Below are positions 14,648-23,434 of a DNA stretch of 33,671 bases, piece after piece. A program made the position numbers and the translations under genes. The DNA comes from a virus. The notes beneath the pieces are model-generated. The model saw only the letters and a list, made by a program, of their open reading frames with translations. It was not told the origin of the DNA and searched no databases. Position 1 is the first letter of the stretch. Each line of letters starts with the position of its first letter. The stretch lies in the IMG/VR virus record IMGVR_UViG_3300017739_000046; one strand, written 5' to 3'.

Positions 14648-15125
14648 TGAATTAAACAAAGTTATGCGAATGGATACGCCCAGGCATCGCATCATTCCGT
14701 TTCATATATCGCATCTGGACCGAATAGAACTGAATGACCATGACCACAAAGTTTTGTCACAATTTGATAATTACAGGGAATACATGATGGCTTTTGCAAA
14801 CTACGGTGTTGCTTATACGGCTGTCGGTGATGATATGTTCTATGCTTTTTTTGGCGTATTCCCATTATGGGAAGGTGTAGCTGAAGCCTGGTTGATGCCG
14901 AGCCGACATATTAATAGAAAAACGATATCTATGCACCGTGCTTCACTACGATTTTTTGAGTATTATGCACAGAAAAATAGCCTAAAAAGACTACAGTTCA
15001 CGGTTCATTCCCTAAATGTTCGGGCTGTAACTTGGGCTGAACGGTGTTACTTTAATCGTGAAGGAATTTTAAAACAATATGGTCCAGATGGATTGGATCA
15101 TTATATGTATGCAAGGTATTTTTAA
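14634..15125 (+). CDS. GNAT-like acetyltransferase-fold protein (start uncertain: 14634 or 14664)
   Basis: C-terminus LKRLQFTVHSLNVRAVTWAERCYFNREGILKQYGPDGLDHYMYAR follows the GNAT motif A/B pattern (l.l.V...N..A....e..GF..EG.l). Confidence 0.5.
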   Translation: MFSLDELNKVMRMDTPRHRIIPFHISHLDRIELNDHDHKVLSQFDNYREYMMAFANYGVAYTAVGDDMFYAFFGVFPLWEGVAEAWLMPSRHINRKTISMHRASLRFFEYYAQKNSLKRLQFTVHSLNVRAVTWAERCYFNREGILKQYGPDGLDHYMYARYF

Positions 15126-15382
15126 TGGGTTCATTATTCTCCAGACCAAAACCACCACCCCTACCACCTAAAGAGGTGACGGATACTTTGACGGCTAAAG
15201 AAAACCAGGTCAAGGCTGATGAATTACAGGAAACAAAGATTACTCAAAGTAGAAGAAGATTAAGATCAAGAGGTGGTATGTCGGGAATGATGATGGCTGG
15301 TGGTCAAACTAGGCCCGATTATCTGGAACCATCTAAAACAAAACTAGGTGTTTCTGGTCGTAATCCGAGGAATATTGGTTAG
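15125..15382 (+). CDS. Hypothetical basic protein (85 aa; MGSLFSRPKPPPLPP N-terminus)
   Basis: TAATG-coupled to the upstream gene. Pro-rich N-terminus and an RRRLRSRGG centre. Confidence 0.65.
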   Translation: MGSLFSRPKPPPLPPKEVTDTLTAKENQVKADELQETKITQSRRRLRSRGGMSGMMMAGGQTRPDYLEPSKTKLGVSGRNPRNIG

Positions 15383-15531
15383 TGGCTGAAGAAGAAGAAA
15401 AGAAAGAAGAAGAAAAGAAAGAAGAAGAAAAAGAACTTATTGTTTATGAGTTTGTCGAAAAAAAACCAGATAAAATTTGGCGTAGAAATCCTAAGTTTAC
15501 TAAGCCTGTCCATGAAGAAAAGAAAGAATGA
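15382..15531 (+). CDS. Candidate 49-aa (EEEKK)n peptide with a GTG start
   Basis: Hand-translated. The GTG overlaps the upstream TAG (TAGTG) and the stop overlaps the next ATG (ATGA). It contains a 48-nt all-purine tract. Confidence 0.35.
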   Translation: MAEEEEKKEEEKKEEEKELIVYEFVEKKPDKIWRRNPKFTKPVHEEKKE

Positions 15532-15812
15532 GAAAAGCACATAAAAATCCTACTGGTGGTTTATCTGAAGCTGGTCGTAAGCATTTCAATCGCACTACGG
15601 GCAGTAACTTAAAAAAACCAGTTTCTTCGGGAGATAATCCAAGACGGGCCAGTTTCCTCGCCAGAATGTCTGGTGTAAAAGGTCCAGATTATAAAGACGG
15701 TAAACCGACTAGAAAGTTATTAGCACTCCGTAAATGGGGAGCTAGTTCGTCAGCAGATGCCAAGAAAAAGGCAAACGCTATTTCTCAACGTAATAAAACA
15801 AGGAGTACTTAA
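15528..15812 (+). CDS. Hypothetical basic protein (94 aa)
   Basis: Intact ORF. KNPTGGLSEAGRKHFNRTTGSNLKKPV...RRASFLARM...KPTRKLLALRKWG resembles a small phage protein family that I cannot name with confidence. Confidence 0.65.
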   Translation: MRKAHKNPTGGLSEAGRKHFNRTTGSNLKKPVSSGDNPRRASFLARMSGVKGPDYKDGKPTRKLLALRKWGASSSADAKKKANAISQRNKTRST

Positions 15813-15814
15813 TT

Positions 15815-15943
15815 ATGCCAATGGGTCCTGGTACATACGGAAGTAAAAAAGGTAGGCCAAAAAAAACCTTAACAAGCAAACAAAAAACTTTGCCTTCATC
15901 TTTGCAGAAAAAAATCATGGCTTCTAAGAAGAGGAAAAAGTAA
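15815..15943 (+). CDS. Hypothetical very basic peptide (42 aa)
   Basis: Hand-translated. AGGAG lies 9 nt upstream. 14 of 42 residues are K/R. The stop overlaps the next ATG (TAATG). Confidence 0.45.
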   Translation: MPMGPGTYGSKKGRPKKTLTSKQKTLPSSLQKKIMASKKRKK

Positions 15944-16095
15944 TGGCTAAACGACCTGGTTTATATGCCAACATACACGCTAAAAGAAAGCGTATAAAAG
16001 CTGGTAGTAAAGAGAAAATGAGAAAGCCTGGTAGTAAAGGCTCTCCAACTGCAAAAGCATTTAGAGATAGTGCTAAGACAGCAAAGAAAAGATAA
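15943..16095 (+). CDS. Hypothetical very basic peptide (50 aa)
   Basis: Hand-translated as MAKRPGLYANIHAKRKRIKAGSKEKMRKPGSKGSPTAKAFRDSAKTAKKR. 18 of 50 residues are K/R. TAATG overlaps at both ends. Confidence 0.5.
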   Translation: MAKRPGLYANIHAKRKRIKAGSKEKMRKPGSKGSPTAKAFRDSAKTAKKR

Positions 16096-17660
16096 TGGCT
16101 GAATTATCCCTTACCCAAATAAAGAAACGCTACAAACAAGCTGAAGCACATAAGGACCATTGGAGAGCTATCTACGAAGAAGCCTATGAGTTTGCTTTGC
16201 CTATGCGAAATATGTATGACGGGTATTATGAGGGAGATGTACCTGGTCAAAATAAAATGAAACGGGTATTTGATAGTACGGCTGTCCATTCTACGGCTAG
16301 GTTTGCTAACCGTTTGCAATCATCATTATTTCCACCACAAAGGGAATGGTGTCGATTATTACCTGGTGAAGATATACCAGCCGACAGAAAAATAGAAGCA
16401 CAACAAGCGTTAGATTTTTATTCAACTAAAATGTTTTCTATCATGCGACAATCTGGATTTGATTTAGCTATGGGCGAGTTTCTTTTAGATTTAGCTATTG
16501 GTACTTCTGTTATGCTTATCCAGCCTGGGGATACTGAAACCCCGATACGCTATGAAGCTATACCAAGTTATCAAGTTTGTTTTGAAGAAGGTCCTAATGG
16601 CAATGTTGACACGGTTTATCGTAAATTAAAAAAACCATTCAATATTATAGAGCGTGAATTTCCAGATGCTAAGATACCTGGCGAGTTAGCAAAAAAGTAT
16701 GAAGAGGACCCAACAGAAAAAGTTGAGTTATTAGAAGCGACTTATACCAATGACGGGTTTATTTACTATTGTATATCTACAATGGAAGAAGATTTTAAGT
16801 TAGTTACGAGAACTCTTAAAAGTTTTCCATTTATTGTTTCCAGGTACATGAAAGCCAGTAATGAACGCTACGGTAGAGGTCCAGTATTGTATGCTTTACC
16901 AGATATAAAGACATTGAACAAAGTTACCGAATTAACACTCAAAAATGCTTCATTGTCTATAGGGGGAGTTTTTACGGCTGTTGATGATGGTGTCCTTAAC
17001 CCCGAAACTGTCTCCATTGTACCTGGAGCCGTATTAAGCGTTTCATCAAATGGAGGCCCTAGAGGTCCAAGTTTACAGCCATTGCCAAGAAGTGGTGATC
17101 CTCAACTGTCACAAATTGTTTCATCTGACTTACGGGCAAATATTAAAAAGACTTTATTAGATGAAAGCCTACCACCCGATAACATGAGTGCCAGGTCAGC
17201 TACTGAAATTGTAGAACGAATGAAAGAATTATCACAAAATTTAGGGTCAGCTTTTGGTCGATTAATTACTGAAACCATGAACCCGATTGTACGAAGATCA
17301 TTAGAGCTAATGAATGAAATGGGCATGATAGATTTACCGTTAAAAATAAATGGTTTGGAAGTACAAGTATTGCCTACATCACCGTTGGCTATGGCTGGAA
17401 ATATGGACCGTGTAAATGATGTCATGTCGTTTATGCAGATATCTCAATCATTAGGTCCAGTTGGTCAGACATTAGTGAAACAAGATGCTGTTGGAGACTA
17501 CCTGGCTGATTTATTGTCGATACCAGCCAATTTAAGAACTACGCCACAGGAACGGGTGCAGATGCAACAGCAGATGATGGCTACGGCCCAGGCTATGGCA
17601 GAACAACAGGGAATGGATACATCGCAAATAGAGGAAGCAGTTAATGAGCCAAGCAGATAG
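16095..17660 (+). CDS. Portal (head-to-tail connector), T7 gp8-like
   Basis: Hand alignment to T7 gp8: ERYGRGPVLYALPDIKTLNK against ESYGRSYIEEYLGDLRSLEN, and ARSATEIVERMKELSQNLGSAFGRL against ERVTAEEIRYVASELEDTLGGVYSIL. Confidence 0.9.
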   Translation: MAELSLTQIKKRYKQAEAHKDHWRAIYEEAYEFALPMRNMYDGYYEGDVPGQNKMKRVFDSTAVHSTARFANRLQSSLFPPQREWCRLLPGEDIPADRKIEAQQALDFYSTKMFSIMRQSGFDLAMGEFLLDLAIGTSVMLIQPGDTETPIRYEAIPSYQVCFEEGPNGNVDTVYRKLKKPFNIIEREFPDAKIPGELAKKYEEDPTEKVELLEATYTNDGFIYYCISTMEEDFKLVTRTLKSFPFIVSRYMKASNERYGRGPVLYALPDIKTLNKVTELTLKNASLSIGGVFTAVDDGVLNPETVSIVPGAVLSVSSNGGPRGPSLQPLPRSGDPQLSQIVSSDLRANIKKTLLDESLPPDNMSARSATEIVERMKELSQNLGSAFGRLITETMNPIVRRSLELMNEMGMIDLPLKINGLEVQVLPTSPLAMAGNMDRVNDVMSFMQISQSLGPVGQTLVKQDAVGDYLADLLSIPANLRTTPQERVQMQQQMMATAQAMAEQQGMDTSQIEEAVNEPSR

Positions 17661-17943
17661 AATAACGTCAATCAATGAGCCTGGCTGGGATGGCGTAAAT
17701 GCCAATGACCAGGCAATGAAAGTACAAAATCAAAAACTACAAACTGAATTAGACAAGGTTTTTTTTGAGACTTTTAAAACTGAACCAGGTCAAAAACTAA
17801 TGCATTATTTACGGAACCGATATTTAGAACAGCCGTGTTTTGTGCCTAATGCTGATCCTTCTTATGGTTATTTAAGAGAAGGACAAAACAGTATTATACG
17901 GGAAATAGAATTAAGAGTAAGGAGAGCAAATGAGCCAAGATAG
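17644..17943 (+). CDS. Bbp19-like small head-module protein (99 aa)
   Basis: FKTEPGQKLMHYLRNRY.....REGQNSIIREIELRV fits the Bbp19-like pattern as I recall it. It lies between portal and scaffold. Confidence 0.5.
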   Translation: MSQADRITSINEPGWDGVNANDQAMKVQNQKLQTELDKVFFETFKTEPGQKLMHYLRNRYLEQPCFVPNADPSYGYLREGQNSIIREIELRVRRANEPR

Positions 17944-18715
17944 TCAAGAAGCTGTACAGGAAGCCCCTGTAGAAGATAAAGGTCTATTAGCCAACATGAG
18001 GGCAGAAGAAGCCCAAACAGAGGAAAAGACCGAAGAAGGCATAGAGCATAAAGCAAAAGACCCTGTACCAGAAAGGCCCGAAAATATCCCAGAGAAGTTT
18101 TGGGATAAGGAAAAGGGAGAAGCCAGAATTGATGATGCTTTTAAATCTATTAACGAATTAGAAAAAAAATTATCTCAAGGTAAACATAAAGCACCAGAGG
18201 AATATAATTATGAAATATTGGATAAAAATGGTTGGACAAAAGATGATCCTGTGGTGGGAAAATTTACGGAGTGGTCCAAGCAAAACAACATCAGTCAAGA
18301 TAACTTCAACGAACTTGTCTCCCAAGTTATCGAAATCGCTGGACAAGGTGAAGAGCAAGAAAAAATCAATTCGGAAGAAGAACTTAAAAAATTAGGTAAT
18401 AACGGTAAAGCTATCATCAAACAAAATTTAGATTGGATAGAAGGTAAAGTAAACCAGGGAGTTTTCACTAAAGAAGAAGCTGAAATTATGGATACCTGGG
18501 GTAAATCTGCTGAAAGCATAAAATTAATTTCTAAACTTAAAAATTTATCTGGTGACTTATCCCCTATTCCGATTGTTGATGATGTAGAAGCAAAAGAAAG
18601 TGACGATGATTTTACAGCCCGTATGGACAGTATGATGAGTGATGAGCGTTACGGAAATGATATGGATTTTACTAGGAAGGTAGAAAAAGAATTTCAAATT
18701 CGGTACGGCAATTAA
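17930..18715 (+). CDS. Capsid scaffolding protein
   Basis: Acidic and helical, 261 aa, between the portal and major capsid genes as in T7 (gp9). Confidence 0.7.
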   Translation: MSQDSQEAVQEAPVEDKGLLANMRAEEAQTEEKTEEGIEHKAKDPVPERPENIPEKFWDKEKGEARIDDAFKSINELEKKLSQGKHKAPEEYNYEILDKNGWTKDDPVVGKFTEWSKQNNISQDNFNELVSQVIEIAGQGEEQEKINSEEELKKLGNNGKAIIKQNLDWIEGKVNQGVFTKEEAEIMDTWGKSAESIKLISKLKNLSGDLSPIPIVDDVEAKESDDDFTARMDSMMSDERYGNDMDFTRKVEKEFQIRYGN

Positions 18716-18743
18716 TAAGCATATTTCCTCCTAAATCAAACTT

Positions 18744-18788
18744 GGTGGGTAAGTAGCTGTACCGATTATACTTACCCACTCTTTTTTA
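18744..18788 (+). terminator. Rho-independent terminator between scaffold and capsid genes
   Basis: An 11-bp perfect stem, GTGGGTAAGTA (18745-18755) with TACTTACCCAC (18769-18779), a 13-nt loop, then CTTTTTTATT. Confidence 0.75.
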
Positions 18789-18964
18789 TTGTACAAAGTC
18801 TAAAGGTTGTGCTATGGATAAAGTGTACTACAACTCATTCGAGCAGTACTGGCTGTGCAGAAATGCATCGTAGCGTAAGCGTTTTACGAAGTCCAAAGGC
18901 AGTATATCAATACTATAACCTACTGGCGTTTAACTTAAATTTTAACAAAGTGAGGTAAAATCCT

Positions 18965-19819
18965 ATGAGTACTGGATTATCAACAGCCTTCATACAGTTA
19001 TTCGATGCAGAGGTTAAACAAGCCTATCAAGGTTCTGCTGTTTTAAATAACGTATGTAGGATGAGAACTGGAGTAGTTGGTTCAACAGCGAACTTCCCAG
19101 CCGTTTCTAAGGGACAAGCGACCGTGCGAACTCCACAAACAGATGTGACACCATTAAATACATCTTTTAGCACAACATCTGTTTCGTTAACTGATTACAA
19201 TGCTTCTGAATATTCAGACATTTTTAATCAGCAAAAAGTAAATTTTGACGAGCGTAGAGAACTGGCACAAGTTGTCGGTAATGCGATTGGTAGAAGGCAA
19301 GACCAGGTAATTATTGATGCTTTATCTTCTGCATCAGCTGGATCAACTGTAGCCAATACTGTTGTAACAACTGGTTCAGCTACTGCATCAGACTTAAATG
19401 TTGGTAAAATTTTATCAGCAAAGAAAGCTCTGGATGCTAAGAATGTTCCACCAACTGACCGTCATCTTATCATTCATGCAAATAACTTATCTGCATTATT
19501 AGGTGATGAGAGGGCTGTTTCTGGAGACTATCAAAATTTGAGAGCCTTAGTAGCTGGTCAAATTAATACGTTTCTAGGCTTTACTGTTCACATGATTGGT
19601 GATCGTGATGAAGGTGGATTGGCAATAGATGGTTCTAGTGACCGTATTTGCTATGCATTTCATAAGATGGCTGTAGCGTGTGCAGTTGGTATCGCTCCTA
19701 AGACAGAAGTTAACTATATTCCAGAAAAGACTTCTTTCTTAGTAACTTCAATGCTGTCTATGGGTGCTTCTGTGATTGATACAGATGGCCTTGTGGACGT
19801 AACCTGTAGGGAGAGTTAA
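18965..19819 (+). CDS. Major capsid protein
   Basis: GAGG Shine-Dalgarno. 284 aa. The N-terminal pattern FIQLFDAEVKQAYQ....L and the later RRQDQVIIDAL are typical of phage major capsid proteins. It sits after the scaffold gene. Confidence 0.8.
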   Translation: MSTGLSTAFIQLFDAEVKQAYQGSAVLNNVCRMRTGVVGSTANFPAVSKGQATVRTPQTDVTPLNTSFSTTSVSLTDYNASEYSDIFNQQKVNFDERRELAQVVGNAIGRRQDQVIIDALSSASAGSTVANTVVTTGSATASDLNVGKILSAKKALDAKNVPPTDRHLIIHANNLSALLGDERAVSGDYQNLRALVAGQINTFLGFTVHMIGDRDEGGLAIDGSSDRICYAFHKMAVACAVGIAPKTEVNYIPEKTSFLVTSMLSMGASVIDTDGLVDVTCRES

Positions 19820-19820
19820 T

Positions 19821-20105
19821 ATGGCTTTTGCAAGAAGTGGATGGGGTCCATTAGGTGGACAGGCTAAAGCTGGTCAAACTCCAGCATTATATGTCTATAC
19901 AACAACTGATGCACATACTGCTGTAGATGCTTCTGGTTACTTTAATGATCTATCTGATACGCTAAGTGTCGGAGACATGATTATTGTACACGGAGCAACT
20001 GGTGGTACTAGAACTGTAACCATGCATATTGTGGTTTCAAATGCTAGTGGTGTGGTTGACATTGGTGATGGCACAACTATCGGAGCAGTTTCTGATAGTG
20101 ATTAA
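19821..20105 (+). CDS. Small capsid-associated protein (possible decoration protein, 94 aa)
   Basis: Starts 1 nt after the capsid stop. YFNDLSDTLSVGDMIIV motif. Confidence 0.45.
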   Translation: MAFARSGWGPLGGQAKAGQTPALYVYTTTDAHTAVDASGYFNDLSDTLSVGDMIIVHGATGGTRTVTMHIVVSNASGVVDIGDGTTIGAVSDSD

Positions 20106-20179
20106 TAACTAGAGTTTGGGGGAGGTCTTGGTTTCCCGATTAGCTTTCTCGCCTTCCCCAACCCATAACGGAGTTTTAA

Positions 20180-20812
20180 ATGGCTTCTGGTGATACAGAC
20201 GTTTCAATTTGTAACAAAGCACTTTTATTATTAGGTGCAACTACCATCACAAGTTTTTCAGATGGTTCAACACAGGCCACAGCCTGTTCAACTCTTTACC
20301 CAGATATTAAAAAAACAACATTAGGAATGTATCCCTGGAGCTTTACAGTTGCTAAAGCTGGATTGACCAGGCAGACAGCTACACCAAATAATGAGTGGAC
20401 CTATCAGTTTACATTGCCTAACGATATGCTCAATGGCGTTCCAAGGGCTGTAAGGACATCTAGTAATGCTGGATCACCTATTTATAAGAACTGGGAAATA
20501 GCCCAGGCATCAGACGGTACGGCTGTATTAATGACAGATAGTTTAACTATTTTTATAGATTATCAAAAGGCTGTAGGTGAAACTTTGATGCCACATTATT
20601 TTGTTAATCTTTTAGGATACCAGGTAGCCTGGCATTTAGCCGAAGTAATTACGGACCAAACAACTAAATCACAATACTGGAAAGAAATCGCCCTGGGTAC
20701 TGTAGCCGAAAATCTTAGAGGTGGTTTTTTTAGACAGGCTTGTAACATAGATGCTGGTGGTCAAACACCGTCAGTAGTAGGCGATTATCTATTAACGGAT
20801 GTTCGTGGATGA
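20180..20812 (+). CDS. Tail tubular protein A / adaptor (T7 gp11-like)
   Basis: N-terminus SICNKALLLLGATTITSF parallels T7 gp11 AVNDILASIGEPPVSTL. Size is 210 aa against 196 aa, and it lies directly before the gp12-like gene. Confidence 0.65.
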   Translation: MASGDTDVSICNKALLLLGATTITSFSDGSTQATACSTLYPDIKKTTLGMYPWSFTVAKAGLTRQTATPNNEWTYQFTLPNDMLNGVPRAVRTSSNAGSPIYKNWEIAQASDGTAVLMTDSLTIFIDYQKAVGETLMPHYFVNLLGYQVAWHLAEVITDQTTKSQYWKEIALGTVAENLRGGFFRQACNIDAGGQTPSVVGDYLLTDVRG

Positions 20813-22902
20813 GCAGAGTAAGACAATATCAAAGCAATTTTACGATAGGTGAGATTGACCCGTTATTGCGAGGTCGTGTTGATATTGAACAGTATTATAG
20901 CTCTGTAGAAAAAGCTAAGAACGTAATATTTGAACCCCAGGGTGGTTTTAGCCGTAGACCTGGATTAAAATATGTAGCTGATTATACATCATCTGTAGCT
21001 GTTACTGATGCAATAAGATTAATACCTTTTGAGTATTCAACGGGTCAAACCTATCTTCTTGTTTTAACTATACAAGACACACAAACAATTAGATTTTTTG
21101 TTTACAAAGATGGCGTGCAAATGACTAATTTAAATAGTTCTGGAAATAATTATGTAGATTTTACTTGTACAAGTGGTTTTGGTACAGCAAGTAATTTAAG
21201 AGGTTTAAGCTATACACAGAACGCTGATACAATGATTTTTACTCATCGTGCTGTTTTTCCATTTACTATAGAAAGAGGTTCTGGTGATACAAACTGGACC
21301 GTAGCTCAAATTAGTTTTGTAGGTAAACCACAAGCAAAGCCGACTATATGGGGTGGTAGTTTTGGTACATTTGCTGGTTCAGCACTCTCTGGAAATCCGA
21401 CAGTTACAATTTCAGCAACATCTGGTGTAACTAAAGCTACAACGTCTACTAGTATATTTGGAGTATCAATTTTTGAAAATGACAGAATTGTTGTTACACA
21501 GCCTAAAGGTTTTGGCACTTGCGAAGTAATTGATTTACTATCTGGTACAGAAGCAAGAGTAAATGTATTAATACCTTTTCATTCAACAGATGCCATAAAC
21601 GCTAGTGATTACATTGTAGAGCATGAGTGGTCTGATAATTGGAATGGCAATAGTGGGTTCCCCCACACTTGTACTTTCCATGAAGGTCGTTTGTTTTTTG
21701 GGGGTACGTCTGTTGAGCCAATGACTTTGTTTGCTTCTAAAGTTGGTGATCCATTTAATTTTAGACCAACAGAAGGTTTAGACGATGATGCTTTCCAGGT
21801 AACGCTTACAACTGACAGCGTTAATACAATAACTGCTTTACGCTCTGGAAGAGACTTACAAATATTTACAACGGGTGGTGAGTTCTTTATCCCACAAGCA
21901 GATTTAGACCCTATAACACCATCTAATGTAGCTGTAAAAAGTACAACTAAAAGAGGTTCTAAACCTAATATAAAACCCGTTGCTACTGAAGGTGGTACAT
22001 TTTTTATACAACGCCAAGGCAAAGCGTTAAGAGAGTTTGCTTTTTCAGATGTTGAATTATCGTATGTTTCTCAAAACATAAGTGTATTAGCATCACATCT
22101 AATTGTTGATCCTCAAGCAATGACTATACGACCAGCCACAGATACAACTGAAGGCGATTTATTAATGATATTAAATGGCACAAACACTACAGGGTATCGT
22201 GCTAGTAGTTCTGGTATGGGTGGTAAACTTGTTTGTTTTATGATTAATAAACAGCAAAATATTGTAGCACCATCTTTTATAGAAACTGATGGTACATTTT
22301 GTGATGTTGCTGTCGATTTAGATGTTATTTATTGTATTGTAAAAAGGACCGTCAATTCAGCTACAAAATACTACTTGGAAGTATTTGATGATGATTTTAC
22401 CACAGATAGTTCGGTCCAGAAAACCAGTAGCTTTAGTGGCACTAGCTATAATCTAATATCACATTTACAAGGCAAAACAGCCAAGGTAATAAGAGATGAT
22501 ATAGTTGAGAGTGACGAAAGTAATGTTAGTTCATCTGGTACTATTACGACATCTGCACAGCCGTCATCATATATTGAAACAGGATTAGATTTTACTGTTG
22601 AGGTTATTACAAATCCAGTAGAACCTAGATTACCCGATGGTGTCTCTATCAGCCAGAAGAAACGTATATTAGAAGCTACACCATTATTATTTCGCACACA
22701 GAATTTAACCATTAACGGGTTTGAAGTTCCATTACAAACATTGCCTTACTCTGGTGGTGGTGCTGTGCCAACCATAACGGGCATGAAAAAGATGCATGGA
22801 TTAACGGGTTACGACACAAATGCACAATTAACAATTAGTCAATCAAAGCCAGTATTCTTTACGGTGCTGTCTGTTGATTTTAAATTAGCGTTAGGATTAT
22901 AG
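20809..22902 (+). CDS. Tail tubular protein B / nozzle (T7 gp12-like)
   Basis: 697 aa. The N-terminal motif FTIGEIDPLLRGRVD....Y......N.I..PQGGFSRRPGL resembles the gp12-type N-terminus. Synteny supports the call. Confidence 0.65.
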   Translation: MSRVRQYQSNFTIGEIDPLLRGRVDIEQYYSSVEKAKNVIFEPQGGFSRRPGLKYVADYTSSVAVTDAIRLIPFEYSTGQTYLLVLTIQDTQTIRFFVYKDGVQMTNLNSSGNNYVDFTCTSGFGTASNLRGLSYTQNADTMIFTHRAVFPFTIERGSGDTNWTVAQISFVGKPQAKPTIWGGSFGTFAGSALSGNPTVTISATSGVTKATTSTSIFGVSIFENDRIVVTQPKGFGTCEVIDLLSGTEARVNVLIPFHSTDAINASDYIVEHEWSDNWNGNSGFPHTCTFHEGRLFFGGTSVEPMTLFASKVGDPFNFRPTEGLDDDAFQVTLTTDSVNTITALRSGRDLQIFTTGGEFFIPQADLDPITPSNVAVKSTTKRGSKPNIKPVATEGGTFFIQRQGKALREFAFSDVELSYVSQNISVLASHLIVDPQAMTIRPATDTTEGDLLMILNGTNTTGYRASSSGMGGKLVCFMINKQQNIVAPSFIETDGTFCDVAVDLDVIYCIVKRTVNSATKYYLEVFDDDFTTDSSVQKTSSFSGTSYNLISHLQGKTAKVIRDDIVESDESNVSSSGTITTSAQPSSYIETGLDFTVEVITNPVEPRLPDGVSISQKKRILEATPLLFRTQNLTINGFEVPLQTLPYSGGGAVPTITGMKKMHGLTGYDTNAQLTISQSKPVFFTVLSVDFKLALGL

Positions 22903-23430
22903 ATGGGATTAGAAACAATAGCACTTATTGGAGCATTTGCAAGTGGCGTAGCTGGATATAGGTCTAGCCAGGCACAGGCTGACCAGATGAAGGCTCAAGC
23001 TAAACAAGCCGAGATACAGGGTAGAGCAGATGCAGTAGAATATAAAAGGCAAAGTGTAGAAGTAATGCGAAGAATGAACGCTGTTATATCTGCTAACATT
23101 GCCAGGGCTGGAGCTAGAGGGCTAAACCCTTATGCAAGTGGTGGCGTAACAGAATTAATAAATAATTATAACCGAAGATATGCATTAAAGGATGTAATAG
23201 CATTAAGACAAAATGCGAAGATGGCTAAAGGAATGGCACAATACCAGGCTGGTCAATATAAAGCTTCAGCTAGTGCTATTATGAAAATTGCACCATTACA
23301 ATTTATAGCAACTGTCGGTACTGGTTATGCACAATATAAACAAATCGGTGGACCTAATAGTAGTCCAATGACGAAAACAAGTACGCCTGGTGTTACGACA
23401 GGAGTTCAACCATACGCTGGAGGGGTTTGA
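22903..23430 (+). CDS. Internal virion protein (gp14-like position; N-terminal TM)
   Basis: Hydrophobic N-terminus, then an Ala/Gln/Lys-rich helix. Synteny supports the call. Confidence 0.5.
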   Translation: MGLETIALIGAFASGVAGYRSSQAQADQMKAQAKQAEIQGRADAVEYKRQSVEVMRRMNAVISANIARAGARGLNPYASGGVTELINNYNRRYALKDVIALRQNAKMAKGMAQYQAGQYKASASAIMKIAPLQFIATVGTGYAQYKQIGGPNSSPMTKTSTPGVTTGVQPYAGGV

Positions 23431-23434
23431 CCTT

